A DNA stretch of 64,000 bases, taken from Bugula neritina. Lineage: Eukaryota; Animalia; Bryozoa. Below, piece by piece: positions 50,901 to 64,000 of the stretch. Made by a program: the position numbers and the translations under genes. Each line of letters opens with the position of its first letter. The stretch's first letter is position 1. Below the pieces are notes generated by a model. That model did not search any database, was not told the DNA's origin, and worked only from the letters and a program-made list of their open reading frames with translations. The stretch covers positions 4,321,929 through 4,385,928 of the forward strand of contig OZ037769.1 of the NCBI GenBank assembly GCA_964035545.1, in the 5' to 3' direction.

Positions 50901-53900
50901 GCGTAAACGGCAAAAATCGATCTTTATCTCTTTTAAATATCACCATGCATTTATTGTAGCATTATTTCACAATAAAAAACCTGTAGTGGATTTGAGCTAC
51001 ATGTATACTATGACTATCCCTTAGTCACACTCTAAAAATGCCTACAAGTGTACTGACTATAATCACAGTGATAAACACACTCAGAAAGAAAGTGAAACGG
51101 AAAACATTACATCCAGGCATCTCCTAAGATAATACAAATATAAAAAGTAGAAACGTTACAATAAGTCACCTAAGTTGCGTTTATCTTCAGTCACTTGTCT
51201 TACAACTTCCTGTACGTCTGCGAGTTGCTGAGTCGTATCAGAGAGTTTAGACTGTAGAGCTGAGCTGGTAGATTTCATCTCTTCCAAATCTCGACTGCTG
51301 GACATATTGGTTGCCTCTAACTCACTGCATCTACGCAGGGCCTCCTGATACTAGCAAGTAACCAATAGTCATGCTAGACAAAGGATGCATGTTGCTATGG
51401 CGATTCATAAACAATCTTAAGAAGGACTATTACTATATAGAAATTGAAACCACTGAGAAGCGATAACAAAGCACTTGTAGAGTGAAGCTTAACATAATTG
51501 CTGAAAATAACCCAACACCAGCACCTAAACCAAGTATTCCCGGTCATCAGTCAACCTATGAGAAAATAACTCCTACAAAGCTTGTTCTTTAAGAATTGTA
51601 TTACAATATCCCCAAGTCTGCATATTCTTATAAAAACTAGTTGTTATGTGCAGAAATTCAAAACGCCATAACAGGAAAACATGGCTAAAACAAAACAAGG
51701 TCTGGTATTAACTCAAAGACAATACTTAATTCTCTCCCCCCCTCGCCAGCTGACCTTTTGACCGGCAGCAAGACTTACTCTTGTCATCTGCTCCACTTGA
51801 TTGGCAGCGGAGCTGTTACTCTCCAGTGCTAGCTGATTAAGATTATCTACGAGCTGATTATTTCTCTGCTCTGACTCGCTCACTCTCTGCTCCAGTGAGT
51901 CTATCAGTGTCTGTTTAGTCAGATCAGATGATCTCATATCATTCAGCTCTGCTTTCAACTCTCCGACTTCAGCTGATAGGACGTCTTTCTCAGTCTGGAA
52001 TTGCAACACAAGTTAAGCACAAAAATCCTTTGGTATAATCTTACTCTTGGGTTGAAATGAAATGAAATTGATTCGCTTAATTTAATAAATCACAAGTTTA
52101 TTAGTTTAATACATCAAATTTCAAAAATTTTAAAATTCAATTTTAGTAAAATATCAGATTTATACTATGATTTTGATAGATTTTATATAAATCTGCAATA
52201 ATTTCATTTAATAACTTTTATAAAAAAAATTAAAATGAAACTTTTGAAGAGTTTTCTTTTCCAAAAAGCCATTTATACAATTTTGGATTAGATAAAATGT
52301 TGAAATTGGAGATGAAACTTATTTGCATGGGGGTTGAGAAAAAGAAACCAAAATATACAACACATTTATATTGAAGTGAAAACTAGAATTGGGAGTTGTC
52401 ATACTAAAGCCATTGAGTTGCACCTACTTTAGCCTCAGCTAGTTGAGCATTCAAAGCAGCTATAGTTTCTTCATAGTGCACACTGTTTGTGTGATCCTCA
52501 TCCAGCATAGACTGAGTATCCAAGTTACTAACCAGGGAGGGGGAGTATCTCCTCCCCATAACTTCGTCCGACTCTCGAATTTCTGAGTCCACAAATGATG
52601 AGCTCATGTGAGACGAGTTCTAAAAACAGGAAATAGTAACTTTACTAACTGATTGTTGATTGGACGGAATCACTATAAAGAGCAATTTCTAGTGCTCTAA
52701 AGTTACAAAGGATGGAAAAAATATTCTTTAATAAATGATTAATATAAGTGGAGAAGGTCAAGTAGACTAAAAATACTGATTGGTTTACGAGTCAGCAACA
52801 AACATGGCTGACATACTTCCTCTTCTGGAACTCAAAGAAAGATTTTACACTGTTTACAAAACGGTGACCAGTGAAAAGTTTAAACTCTACTTGAGGTAAC
52901 GAGTAATTCACTCACCTGCACTGATCTCTAAAGACTAAACAATAACATGATTCACTCACCAGCATTGATGTCTGAAGACTAGACAAACTGGAAGTGCGAC
53001 TGAAAGAAATGTTCCACTTTTGACCTCCGCCACTAGCAAGGTCAGATCTGCAGGAAGAGACAACTTTTATTAATTTATTTCCAAAATATTGACAATCTAC
53101 CGTCATTTTATTAGTTAAACTTTTAGCAATGAAGGTTCACACACCGACCACTTTAGTTGATAGCTTAAAATTGTGAAATTAGAATACAGGAACAAGTTAA
53201 AAGTTATCTCCCGCAAAACAAAAACCCAGTTCTTGTACAAAAAGCATAGATGAAGTAAAAATCTTCAAATAACAGATGGATAAACTCAACTGTGAACAAC
53301 TACACATTGTTATATATAGCTACACAGTTCTTTATATAACTATACATAGCTATATATAACTACATAGTTCTTTCTATATATAGCTATATATTGCTACAGA
53401 AAGCTACACATTGCTGAGGCAATTTAGCTGCTATTTGCAAGAAAAAAAACTAATTCACAAAAAGAAACAAGTTCGCACATTATGGTCATCTCACATCAAC
53501 TATCACATTAGGAGTTAGACTAGAGCAGGGGTGGCCGACTTCTTTTGCATGAGGGCCAAGTTTAGAAATCAGTCAAAACGAAGGCCACATGATTGTACAC
53601 ATATCAAGTTTCATTACAATAAAGTGTTTGTCACCAAATCTATACTGTGCTAATCAGAATAACAATAAGTTTTTACTTATTTCAAGCATCAAAGGGCCAC
53701 AAATGAAAATATTACTTCTTGCGCTACATTTTTAATCTAGAATACAGACCGTTCTCAATTTCTCCATTACTGCACCCCCCCCCCCCCTCCTAGACTAGTA
53801 TTCTAATCACTAAAACACTGCTGATAGTTTCAAAACAAGCCTTTCACACATACAGCATACTATAGATTTGAGACACACCTAGTAGTGATGTAATGATGTT

Positions 53901-56900
53901 AACATATGCGTCCAAACAATGACAACAATTAGGAAAGATAACTGAAGTATAGATTACACTACACTGCTATAGTATATCTTTCACATGCCTACAATAGTCA
54001 TAGGTACATATGCATAGGGAATGCCAGTGTATTCTAAATAGCTGTCCGTATATTATAAATGTACTTCCTTGAATTAACTACATACAACTCTGCACAGTTA
54101 CACACTAAGTGTTGATTAGATCTGCTAACACTTCAACTAAAGTAATGCCACTCTTAGTGCAATATATTGAATAGCATTTAATTTCATTGGGGCAAAATTT
54201 TAAATGGTCAGTTAATCTCAAGTTCATTTGGGGCAACATTTTGAATGGCCTGTAAGCTCATTATAAAATGTGCTACATGCATTAATTTATCTCTTAGCAT
54301 ACAATTCTCCAAAACATACATTATAAAGTGTTCAACTCAAATTAAACTATGAAATACAAGGGTTTTCTTACAAGCAAATTAATTTTATTTAATAAAACCT
54401 AATTTTAGTTTGGAATTAATAACTTTAGAAATTGTGTGACCTTTGTAGAATGTCAATAGCAGTAGAAGTATACTTATATTAAGCTCTCCCCCAGTATACA
54501 TGTAACAGCCTGTACTCTTTAACTATTAGTGTCTTGCAGTTGATTGACTAACTTACTGATGATGTCATGAGGGCAGCCAGCAACAAAATATTAAGTAACA
54601 CAAAGGTTGCGCAATCTATTAAAATGCTGAAATTGTTCACTAGAATTATTGTAGACTATAGAAAACATGCAAGTTTTCCACTAATATAAAACGATTCTTT
54701 AAAAAGAATAAACTGTTCCTGTGCCATTTTTTCAATTCAAAATTTAAATTAAACATAATATGTTTTTCCAACTAAAGTTGAAAAATAATTTAGATTTCAA
54801 ATAAAGCCTCAAGTTTTGCTCTACGTCTCAAGAGACAAGAGATTACTATTAATATTATACCCACCTGGAGAATGTAGGCCAACCATTATCAAGGTCGTAA
54901 CCATGAGCACCAAGGTCAAACACAACATCATTAAGGTCATACAATATGCTGACGAGGTAGGCAGTCTGAGATGGATTTCTCCACACCGACCCAGGCTTAT
55001 AAGACTGGCTGAAACAACAGATTCGTTATCAAATGCAATGCACATAACAGCAGCAATATTAGAGCTTGAGACAACGTTTATTTCAAAAAGTATAAACTTT
55101 TAGCAATAAAACAAAATGGCTTCCATCAGAGAAAATCTAACGGCTCGCTTTATTCAAAGTCTACCATGACAGTCTTGTTTTAAAACTAAAAGTTAGGTCT
55201 TTTTAATAGAAATTTAAAAGGCTTTTGGTAATAAATGTTAATGGAAAACTTTTTGTTTGTCCACATACTTTCACACAATTTAGAAATACATAGTTCAATG
55301 TATCAAATTCTCACAAACAACACTTAAAATATAATAAAGCTCACGACTACATCAAAGCAAAGATAATGATCAGGCAAGCAAGTATGGAGTGAGCAGCTTC
55401 ATTTCATAGCAACAAATATATATAACTGACACATCACTTCACCTGTTCCCCTCCGTGCTCAATAATTCGCTGCAATTCAAAGTTTTGAGTTTATCGGAAC
55501 ACTTGTACTTGTAGGTAAATAGTCCTGAGTGTAACCATTCAATAGTATACTTAGATAACTTATACCACAAATAAACAGGGAATTATCTCACCTTACTAGC
55601 TTAGTGTTAGAAGTGCAGTGTTGGAGACAATCAGCTAGTCTTTGATAAACTAAACAAAATCTGATGAACCCTCTACCACGGCCCGTATTTGTCTTCAACT
55701 ATAAACACAGAACTTAGTATATATAATATGTTTGGCCTAAAATATAGTTTAAAATAATAAAGCCCACATCTAAAATAGACAAAAACATTATTTAGCTTTT
55801 ATAAACAGAAATATATTTGAATTATACTGCTTTATTTTTTACACCAGTTGTTGACACTAAAAACAAAACAAAATAAAAGTAGACTAACATTTTAAATGAA
55901 CTTGTTTTTGAATGCAATTATGCAAAATATAGTTACAAAATTGTGTGCATAAGCATTAGCATAACATATTATCTACCTCACTTTGTGATTTGACAAATTT
56001 TATACCATCACTGATCTTCTTCATAGAACTCAAACCTTCAATGAAAAAGTTCCAATAGTCTTTCCGCCCTCCAAGGAAGCTCGACCGTTCTAAAAATAGC
56101 ATCATAGCTGACGTCAACAAAACTAAATAACTATAGACCAACACCAGATATATAATAATGTCAATTACTAAAAAATAATGAGAGTTAATGTCTGTATGCA
56201 ACTGATACTTCAGCAAAGTTTTATGCAAATTTCGAAAAAACACGAAAATTTCAGTCAATTTCCGTTAAATGTTGACATGTTTAACGCCTTTTTGGTCTTG
56301 AATATAGTAAAATTCAATATTTTTTTCCAAAATAAAGCACAGCTGAAAGTAGATAAGTTAAAAAATCCGTAATATTCACCAAATAACTCACCTAGTTGTT
56401 CATGACGTAGTAAGAACTCAAGTTTGACGCAAAACCTTTGCAACACTTTGCTATCATCAGTTAGAGGTCTGTGGAAGTCATTGTACTCCGTTTTCAGCTG
56501 GTCAACACATTCTGATACAAAACATACAAAAATGGAGTTGATGAAAATTCACCTTCTGACATAACCATATTCATCCACTGAGTGTATTTGTACAAATACA
56601 TTAGTCATAATTTATCTTTTGACATTGCTGTATCTATCCACTGAGTATATTTGTGCAAATACATGAAGACTGTGTGTTGGTTTGTGTTATACCAGGTTCA
56701 TTGACTGCTCTAAACAAAAGTACCATTTTATATAAATATAATGCATGAGTTTTCAATAAATTTAGGCTACACCAAGGAATGCACTTCCATCTTTTTGTCA
56801 ACAGCGAACAAACAATAACCCTGATCTATGCTCTAAATACGTACCTTTAACGTCTTCAATAATCTTCTGTACACTTGGGAGTTTAGACAATGTGGAAGCC

Positions 56901-56908
56901 GACATCAT
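41985..56908 (-). CDS. FYCO1: FYVE and coiled-coil domain autophagy adaptor 1-like (RUN - coiled coil - FYVE - GOLD), multi-exon
   Basis: RUN exons: 56845-56908 ([21 protein letters not shown]), 56392-56511 ([19 protein letters not shown]), 55977-56089 ([23 protein letters not shown]), 55592-55698 ([28 protein letters not shown]), 54865-55008 ([24 protein letters not shown]). Coiled-coil exons include ~49151-50421. FYVE: [23 protein letters not shown]|[21 protein letters not shown] (~46070-46208, ~45300-45543). GOLD exons: ~43029-43197, ~42325-42494, 41985-42027 (stop TAG). Some internal exon boundaries were not resolved. Confidence 0.92.
43241..43320. repeat. Short minisatellite (~22-nt actgtagggtacac...acatt, 3-4 copies)
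   Basis: Directly visible. Confidence 0.75.
44368..44567. mobile_element. ~200-bp MITE, Tc1/mariner-pogo-like termini
   Basis: The left end tac-gtgcttcctccatatctcac and right end gtgagatatgtagggagcactgta are imperfect inverted repeats ending in CACTG|TA. Confidence 0.6.
46242..46450. repeat. 16-nt minisatellite (tacttgagtatacaac), ~13 copies, intronic in FYCO1
   Basis: Directly visible head-to-tail copies with no spacers. Confidence 0.93.
47657..47870 (+). mobile_element. tRNA-derived SINE copy (best preserved Pol III boxes)
   Basis: A-box tggtctaggggtt, B-box ggttcgaatccc, and the family body and tail. Confidence 0.85.
53526..53792. mobile_element. Possible hAT-like non-autonomous element
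   Basis: Begins tagag|CAGGGGTGGCC..gagggcca and ends in a degenerate C-rich terminus followed by tagac. The right TIR is poorly preserved. Confidence 0.4.
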
Positions 56909-57887
56909 CAAAAATGTCAATGAATTTCACATACTTCCAACACTACAATGTAGTTTAGACTAATTTGAGCCTTTCATCAAGTTTCTGGTATATAATTGCT
57001 TTAACAGAATAGTTTGCATTACATGTGCAGACTGCCACAAATAACAAATACAGCTAGTGAGTGCCCAGCCAAACAACACAACGTTGTTTTACATGTAATG
57101 TCGAAAATTTGAAAGAAAATGCTTTTGAAAGTTATGTTCTCTGCATAAACACATTTTGATAATAAACTGAATTTACGATAGTATTTATATATATTTCATA
57201 AAGCACCTCCATACTGAAATAATCCCTAAGACTGAGTTTTGTATCACTTAGAATCATACTGTTACAACCCAACTATTACATCCAATTACTCAGTGTAAAT
57301 ACGCCATCAATATGAATATATGAGTTACGGCTATTGGTTTATAACTAGCAGGTCTCGCAACGGTGGTTACACTCATAGAGATAATTAACTTAACATGTAT
57401 CATCTTCATTAAAAATATTACTATAGGCATAGCATCTCAGTGCCAACTGCTGCAGTTGTCAGAATGATTGTTACTAAAACTATTGCCATAAGCATAGCAG
57501 TCATGTAGTGCATGTCATTGTGATCAACTATGAGTTAGAATATGATATTCGTGAGCTCACTGATAGTAAACATAATACTCACTAGTCACATGTCACAATC
57601 AGTATGACTATGAGTATTATAGTGAATATTAGCATGATTATAAGTATCAAAATATTTATACTTCATAATTATTTGTATTACTATTAGTATCAGCTATTAC
57701 TTGTATTACTAGCTGTGCTATGTAGTGATTTATTAAATTAAATCAATATGCATCTGTTTCAATATCAATATTAGTTATTACACTATCACAATAGACTAAC
57801 ATAGTATTGACATTTTTTTAGTTTGTCAATATCACAATCAGTATAATTATGACCAATTTATTATTATGAGTATAATTACCAGTGTCC

Positions 57888-58148
57888 GGTAAAAATGGCA
57901 CTGGTAAAATGGCACAGTTAAAAATGGCACAAGTAATAATGGCACAAGTAGCAAAGTAGGTAAAAATAGCACATTTTCAATAATAGGGTTTAGGGTGGGG
58001 TTGAGTGTTTGGGATGGAGGTTTGGGGTTTAAGGGTTGAGGGTTTAAGTTTAGGGCTTGGGAAAATTTAACATCAGTGTGCCATTTCTTCATATTTTTCC
58101 ATTTGTGCCATTATTACCGGTGCCACTTTTACCTGTGCCATTTTTATC
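57888..58148. mobile_element. MITE-like element: inverted arrays of GGTAAAAATGGCAC sub-repeats around a telomere-like G-rich core
   Basis: About 5 direct copies of ggtaaaaatggcac-like units on the left, 4 inverted copies (gtgccattttt..) on the right, and a core with tagggtttagggtggggttgag...gggtttaagggttgagggttt. Confidence 0.7.
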
Positions 58149-58329
58149 TAAAACCATAATTACCATTACGAATATGGTAATACAATCCATTGTAATGACC
58201 ATCATTATCATTATGATTTTTTATCTGTCTATCAATATCAATGTCACTATCACCAACAGCAAAACTGAGCGTGCTACATCACTATCGCTGCAAGCAAAAG
58301 TACAAGTTAATATTTGCTGGTAAGTGGTA

Positions 58330-58955
58330 TGAGTCTCATTATCATAGCCTATTATGAGTATTGATTAGTTTATACTCATAGGTTCTATGACCTTTACTAC
58401 CACTACCACTCCGTGACTATCAGTATTATACTGATAGTCAGTAAGTACAAATACCATTATGACACCAGTATGAGTATCATACTCATTGAGTCATACTGAT
58501 ACGCATACTCAGTATGCGTATCAGTATGACTCAATGAGTATGAGTATCACTATCACTATGATACTATCACTATCACTATGAGCATGAATATGAGAGTGAC
58601 TATGAGTATGACATAAGTCTAAGATTAAGATATTGACTTTGAGTTTGACTATCACTATCAATATCACTATCACTCAGTATGAGTATGAGTATCAATCTCA
58701 GATTCATTGATACTGTTTCAGAATGAGAATGAGTATCACCATGATAGTTACTATCACTATGACAGCATCATCACTCATCATGATCATCATTCGTGTGATG
58801 TATGAGAATCAGCATGAGAATCAGAATGAGAATAATATGAGCATCATTATCATGATCATATTCATAATAATAATCATAATGATAATCATTATCATTTACA
58901 ATTTCATAAATTACATTAACATTATCATTATGAGTTTATCATAATCATTATGATT
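58330..58955. repeat. Degenerate hexamer/trimer satellite (ATGAGT/ATCACT/ATC) containing a 33-bp perfect palindrome at 58477-58543
   Basis: Directly visible. Same repeat class as 37190-37550. Confidence 0.85.
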
Positions 58956-60373
58956 AACTCAGTCATTAAGCAGACTAGGATGCTAGTTTATTATTTAAAT
59001 CTAATTTTTGAGTTAATTTTAGCTTTCTATCTATGATCTGTTAACTTCAGGTATAATTATACGTTCTATACCTTGTTGAGTTGCTTTTTTATGTTTTGGT
59101 AAGTTCAGATCACTAACACAAGCGAAGGAGGTGGGCATAAATATTTGAAGGTCATCTGTAGGTTACATATGATCACTGTAGTGGACACTGAACTGAAACT
59201 ATATAGTTCAATGGTAGTGGACTTCAGTCGCGTCCAATTTAATACATAGAGTTTTCTTCTCCCAAAAAATGTTGCTAGTGTGGAGCGGGCAAATCCCTGA
59301 AAAGCATAAACTTTATTCCATGACATATCGATCACCTGCATAATTATTGTATACGTATACAGTATATTTCTTAGCTAGCCAGCTAGCTGACTTTTGCAAA
59401 ATCAACCATCTGCATAGTACTAAAAGAAACACAAAGAATGTCATAATCCTAGATCATACAGTATAATTATTAGTAATACTGGTTTCCATGATTATGCAGT
59501 TTTAAAAAATGACCTGCATGGGATTTAGAACTGTGTATACAAGAATTTGCTCACTTGGCATTAGTTAGGGGTCAGCTAGTTTCAATTAGGCAAATATTTA
59601 ATGAACAGTTTTCTAATTTATTTGGCTTTCTGTTAAATATAAATTGGTTTATCATTTTTATGACAGCATGTTCAACAGCACTTTCATAACTTTAAGCAAC
59701 TTTATAACTTCATAGCAATTAATTCATGTAATTAATCATACCATGCAAAGAAATCAAACTAAAAAATCAAAGATTTTAGAACTATTATGTTGCAATTTTA
59801 TTACAAAATTCTGTTGAAACTATTTAAAAAAATTTAAATACATAATATACATTTACTAATTTAGATTATTACAACCCTACATTATAATTATACATACATA
59901 TATAAGTAGCTGTAGGAAATAATCTTAAGGTATTAGGTTGTGACTGTACATGTATTAGTATATGCAAACTCTATGAGTAAACTATACTATTATATATAAA
60001 ATATCATTACTACCTATACAACAACTCTTCAATGTACAGCGTGTAAATAATAAATAAATAGTGCGCAGTGTCTAAATTTAAGCTTATAATTCTATTAAAT
60101 TATAAACATTTTACTGTACTATGACCATAAAATTGATCTTTACGGTGTCATGCAGTCTTCTTATATAATACTTTAAATAATTACATAAGTAAAAATCAAA
60201 CGCCTAAACTTCAGAACACTTGTTATATAAGAATGTGGTAGCACATACTAACAGAAGAAGAAAACTCCATATAAAAAATACCTCTTATAAATAAGGCTTC
60301 TAAAGTTAGAGTTATAAAGAATAGAGTTATGTAACATGTCAATATATGTTTTATATTAATTTGGCATGTTGGT

Positions 60374-63300
60374 TTACATAAAAATTGAAGCATCGTTAAT
60401 TTGCAGTGGTTTCTTGGCCTGGCAGGATGAGCCATTTAGCAGAGGTTCTTCAAACTCGTTTTCGACTCTAGCTATGACGCTGTTGACACTTGTCCCACTA
60501 GAAGAGGATTGTCTCCCATTCACGTGTGCTGCTTTACCATTGATTATTGAATCATACAGGTCACCCGTCTCAAGCTTTTCCACGGAATTCCCAGACTCCG
60601 AGGAACTTTTGTGAGAGCCGGCCGTGCCTAGCGTACTGTGTCCAGAATTCAATCCATTCCTTAATCTGTTGCCTCTGTTTCTATAATGTTTTACAATAGC
60701 CGCCACTTGCGGGCCTTCTTCTACAACCCCGTTGTTAGGGTTGAGTTTAACTTCTTCTGAATTAAGCTTTCTGGAGCCATTGCTCTTGATGGTGCCAGTT
60801 GAAGGCTTTTTCAGTTTGTCCAACTGAATTTTTTCATTGTTGTTTTGTGCTGCCTTTTTCTTTTCTGATGATCTAAAAATTACAAAGTATAAGTATAAAA
60901 TACATATATGGCTTCTTTTCCTTTACTAATTTAGGGACTGTCACATCATAAATTTCATGCTTGCTTATTGTGTGATTGTTATAGAATTATAAATAAATTT
61001 TGCTGGTACAACAAATGGGTTTTATAATTTATGTGACTATTTTGCAATCTACTTTCACCTAATTTCTTAAAAGTTAGTTTTGAATTGGTATGCAAAACGT
61101 AAAGCAGAAACATGGTATGGTCTTAGTATGTAACATAAAACATTAATACTTTAGATATCCTATTCCACACGAACACTTACATAAATAATGTGTTATTACT
61201 ACAAGTGTCGGTGTACAGAGGTTGCTATGACCTACCAGAACATAAATGGTGTGTGTGCTCTAAAAACTGTACCAACTGTATCATTCAATCAATTCAATTA
61301 AAACTAAATTTTTACATTAATCAATTCTAGAAAGGTATTTGTTAGAAATGAATATTCAACAGGCTTATAAAATGTGAGTCATCATGTAAGAAACACAAAC
61401 TTTAAGTTATATGCTGCTAAAATGTAAGGTTCAGGTAAACGCAGGGTATGAGGACAATAATTAGAATAAATATATGCTATGATAACAGTGCCTATTTCAT
61501 TTGTATCAAACTAAAGATGTGTAGTTCCCCCCCCCCCCCCACTACTACTTGGATATTCACTCTGCAAACTACAACTAACAGAAATTCTAATGTGCTAATC
61601 TGAAACAATCTTAAGTTATAATCACATGTAAGTTTGAGGGTGAACTCAAACGCATTGTATCTTACTCGAGTAGATCTATGTGACTCAGTCTAAAATAGTA
61701 TAGTAAAAACAGAACATTAAATTATGTCATGCAACATATTTTTACTATGTTACTGCTGACAGAAAATCTCTAATGTATTATGTAATATATGACTCACGGA
61801 TTTTTCTATTATTATTGCTTTCTTACTATATGTAGTGTAATCTATGGTTTTAATATTAAATAAAATGAATTAAATTCAAGCTTGTTAATGATACAAAAAT
61901 TTAATGAAAGCATTATTTTTAACCAAAAAAATGTGTTTTAATTAAAGTTAAAGTATAAAAACATATATGAATATTTTCCTTACTTTCTAACAAAGATGCA
62001 GGCAAGAATTATGACTACCACAGCAAATACTATTCCAGCTACAATTCCTCCAATGATACCAGCTCTATTTATGAGTACTGGCTTGTTGCTTGTAAGTGAC
62101 TCCTCTTTTATCCTTTCTACATAATAAACACAAAGCAATATTAGTCATAAACACTATTACTAATAATCTGAACAATAAAATATTTTCAAACTGCACATCA
62201 TGCATGCTTACAGCATGAATATGTTTACAAACCTACCCTGAGTCTGCAATGTAAAAAAATTAGTCACATGCAGTGGGAGATTATTCCTAAAGTCTACAAG
62301 TATTTTGAGCTAGAAATATCATATTAAGTAAAAAAGGGAACATAAATTAATTAAGATATAAAGATTAGCTGTACATGACATAATGGGATAAATTGATATA
62401 GTTTATATAGAAGATAGCGAGATTAAATATATTAATCATTATAATAAAAACTGGGTGTTTTGGTATTAAATGCAATAAAACTGGAGATGTTGCCACCCAC
62501 GGCTCTTAAATACAACAGAAAACATTAGTTTTGTTGGTGATTCCATAAACTTAGCCTACTGACCAATAGGAGGTGGTGGAGGGGGTTGGGTGCAGGCCCG
62601 TATAGCAGTCCAAGCTGGCTCCGAGTTGTTCCGCTGATTGAACTTGCATTCAGTTGCGATAATCGTGTTGTCGTATTGGCAGATTATGGATAGTGAAGTG
62701 CCCACAGTAAGCAAAGATGGAAGGGTGCTCAGTGGCATCCACCCGTCCCCGATCACAGGTTCAGGGCAGAACAGAACTAAGGTAAAAAAAATTAAATTTT
62801 TATTAAAAAAAAGTTTAAAAAACTTAATATTTTGCTTTACACAATTAATAACTGCTTTAGTTTTTAACTTAGTCTGAAAAAAAATTGTTGGCCACTAAAT
62901 TATTTCATTGAGAAATAATAACTTATGACCATCTATTTGGCAAACATACATCAAATGGTGTTGCTGTCTTTGGTCTTTAACTATTAGCCTGTAAACCCAT
63001 TCAATTTCTCAATTCCTTATGTTTTGACTCATTTTATTTCGTTAATTGTCATGGAGCTGAGGCCATTAACAACCTTTGTTACCATTAATTACTCTTATGC
63101 TTACAACCCAAACTAAATTTTTAGATTAGATCATGAAAAGTAAACACAACATTCCAACATCAATAAGTAAGGTGAATACAGATTTGGCAGTTACATCTCA
63201 GTGTTAGTGACAACATGTGCATAACAGATGTTAACTGATGAATAGAACAAATATATGAATAAAACCTATATTGCTAATCAATAGATAGCAAACAATAAAC

Positions 63301-63568
63301 AAACAATAACATAAGCAACTTTTAAACTTAGAGTAGACTAGTTAGCTTAGCTTATAATACTACTTCATTCCATTCTCTTAGAGACAGAAACGGTATAACT
63401 TTAGTTTACCTTTGCATTCAGTCAACTCCCATTGGCCTTTAGAGTTGCAAACAGCTGTTCCATTGAAAGGTTTTGTGCCTGGGCCACATGAATACTGAAA
63501 AGTGGTCTGGTAAGTTCGTACAGCAGGTATAGTATATGCAGCATTGGTTATATTTGGCATACCACATT
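60374..63568 (-). CDS. 3' part of a Sushi/CCP-domain single-pass type I membrane protein (5' end beyond the window)
   Basis: Exon 63410-63568 (phase 1-1) ECGMPNITNA..TFQYSCGPGTKPFNGTAVCNSKGQWELTECK has the 4-Cys + Trp CCP pattern. Exon 61984-62116 has the TM helix AGIIGGIVAGIVFAVVVIILACIFVRK. The last exon 60374-60872 encodes a cytoplasmic tail (ORF 60374..60823 frame). Phases are compatible. Confidence 0.85.
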
Positions 63569-64000
63569 CTACAACTAAAACACAATTAAAGTTGTTAATA
63601 AGTAGATCATTACCAAGTGGATACTTCATATATAGTATATACCATATATCAGCAAACTACAATATATTATAGTGGCGTGATTAGGGGCAAAAAGGTGAAT
63701 CTTATGTTTATAATAAGATGTTTTGTAGAAATCTGAAAGCTGATGAGGGAAAAGAATTGTTTTATATAAATGAAGTTGAGACAGGTTAGCCTAGCTGTCA
63801 AAAGTGGCTGACAACTCGATTGGCTAATTGCTGGTACTAATGTACTCACTGAATATGAATTTCAGTGACTGTTCTATTGTCATGCATAGTGTTAATTTGT
63901 AGAAGTTACTTACTTTTACAGTTGGGGAGGGTACCATCCCAAAAGCCACCCACCCCATCTTTTATGTTACATTTATATGTGGAACTACCACCCTCTAATC

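Noticed and set aside
54821-55045. ORF with apparent transmembrane helix (54821..55045, -)
   Set aside because: Wrong frame. The same DNA encodes the FYCO1 RUN-domain exon 54865-55008 in another frame.
62237-62243. Possible 7-nt micro-exon (cag|ACTCAGG|gtaggt) in the Sushi gene
   Set aside because: It would shift the frame between two phase-1 junctions that already join correctly.

Overview
AT-rich, intron-containing animal (invertebrate-type) genomic DNA, not prokaryotic. Most of the supplied long ORFs are microsatellite artefacts or single exons. The left half (1-34.4 kb) holds a cluster of at least four paralogous secreted-protein genes that the ORF track misses, which I assembled by hand from GT..AG splice sites. 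A0 (last exon only, +) and A (+, 7 exons, about 181 aa) encode a signal peptide plus a ~150-aa domain with 12 conserved Cys. In B (-, 33734-19938, about 719 aa) and C (-, 16058-8641, about 308 aa) the single 42-nt exon 3 of gene A has been serially duplicated into arrays of 35 and ~20 symmetric phase-1 mini-exons (33-57 nt, one expanded to 207 nt). These encode Tyr/Gly/Arg-rich, acidic and Lys/His/Gly-rich blocks. B has furin-type RKRR sites created across exon junctions. C has lost the Cys domain through a frameshift. The architecture resembles the micro-exon genes (MEG) of schistosomes and is the best candidate for an undescribed system. A complete type I hammerhead ribozyme lies at 6987-7033 (-). 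The right half contains a Pro/Gln-repeat CD225/dispanin (PRRT1-like) gene (+), a full FYCO1-like gene (-; RUN, coiled coil, FYVE, GOLD) and the 3' end of a Sushi/CCP single-pass membrane protein gene (-). tRNA-derived SINEs, MITE-like elements, a Penelope-like fragment and microsatellites are scattered throughout. All gene models are manual predictions with no transcript evidence.
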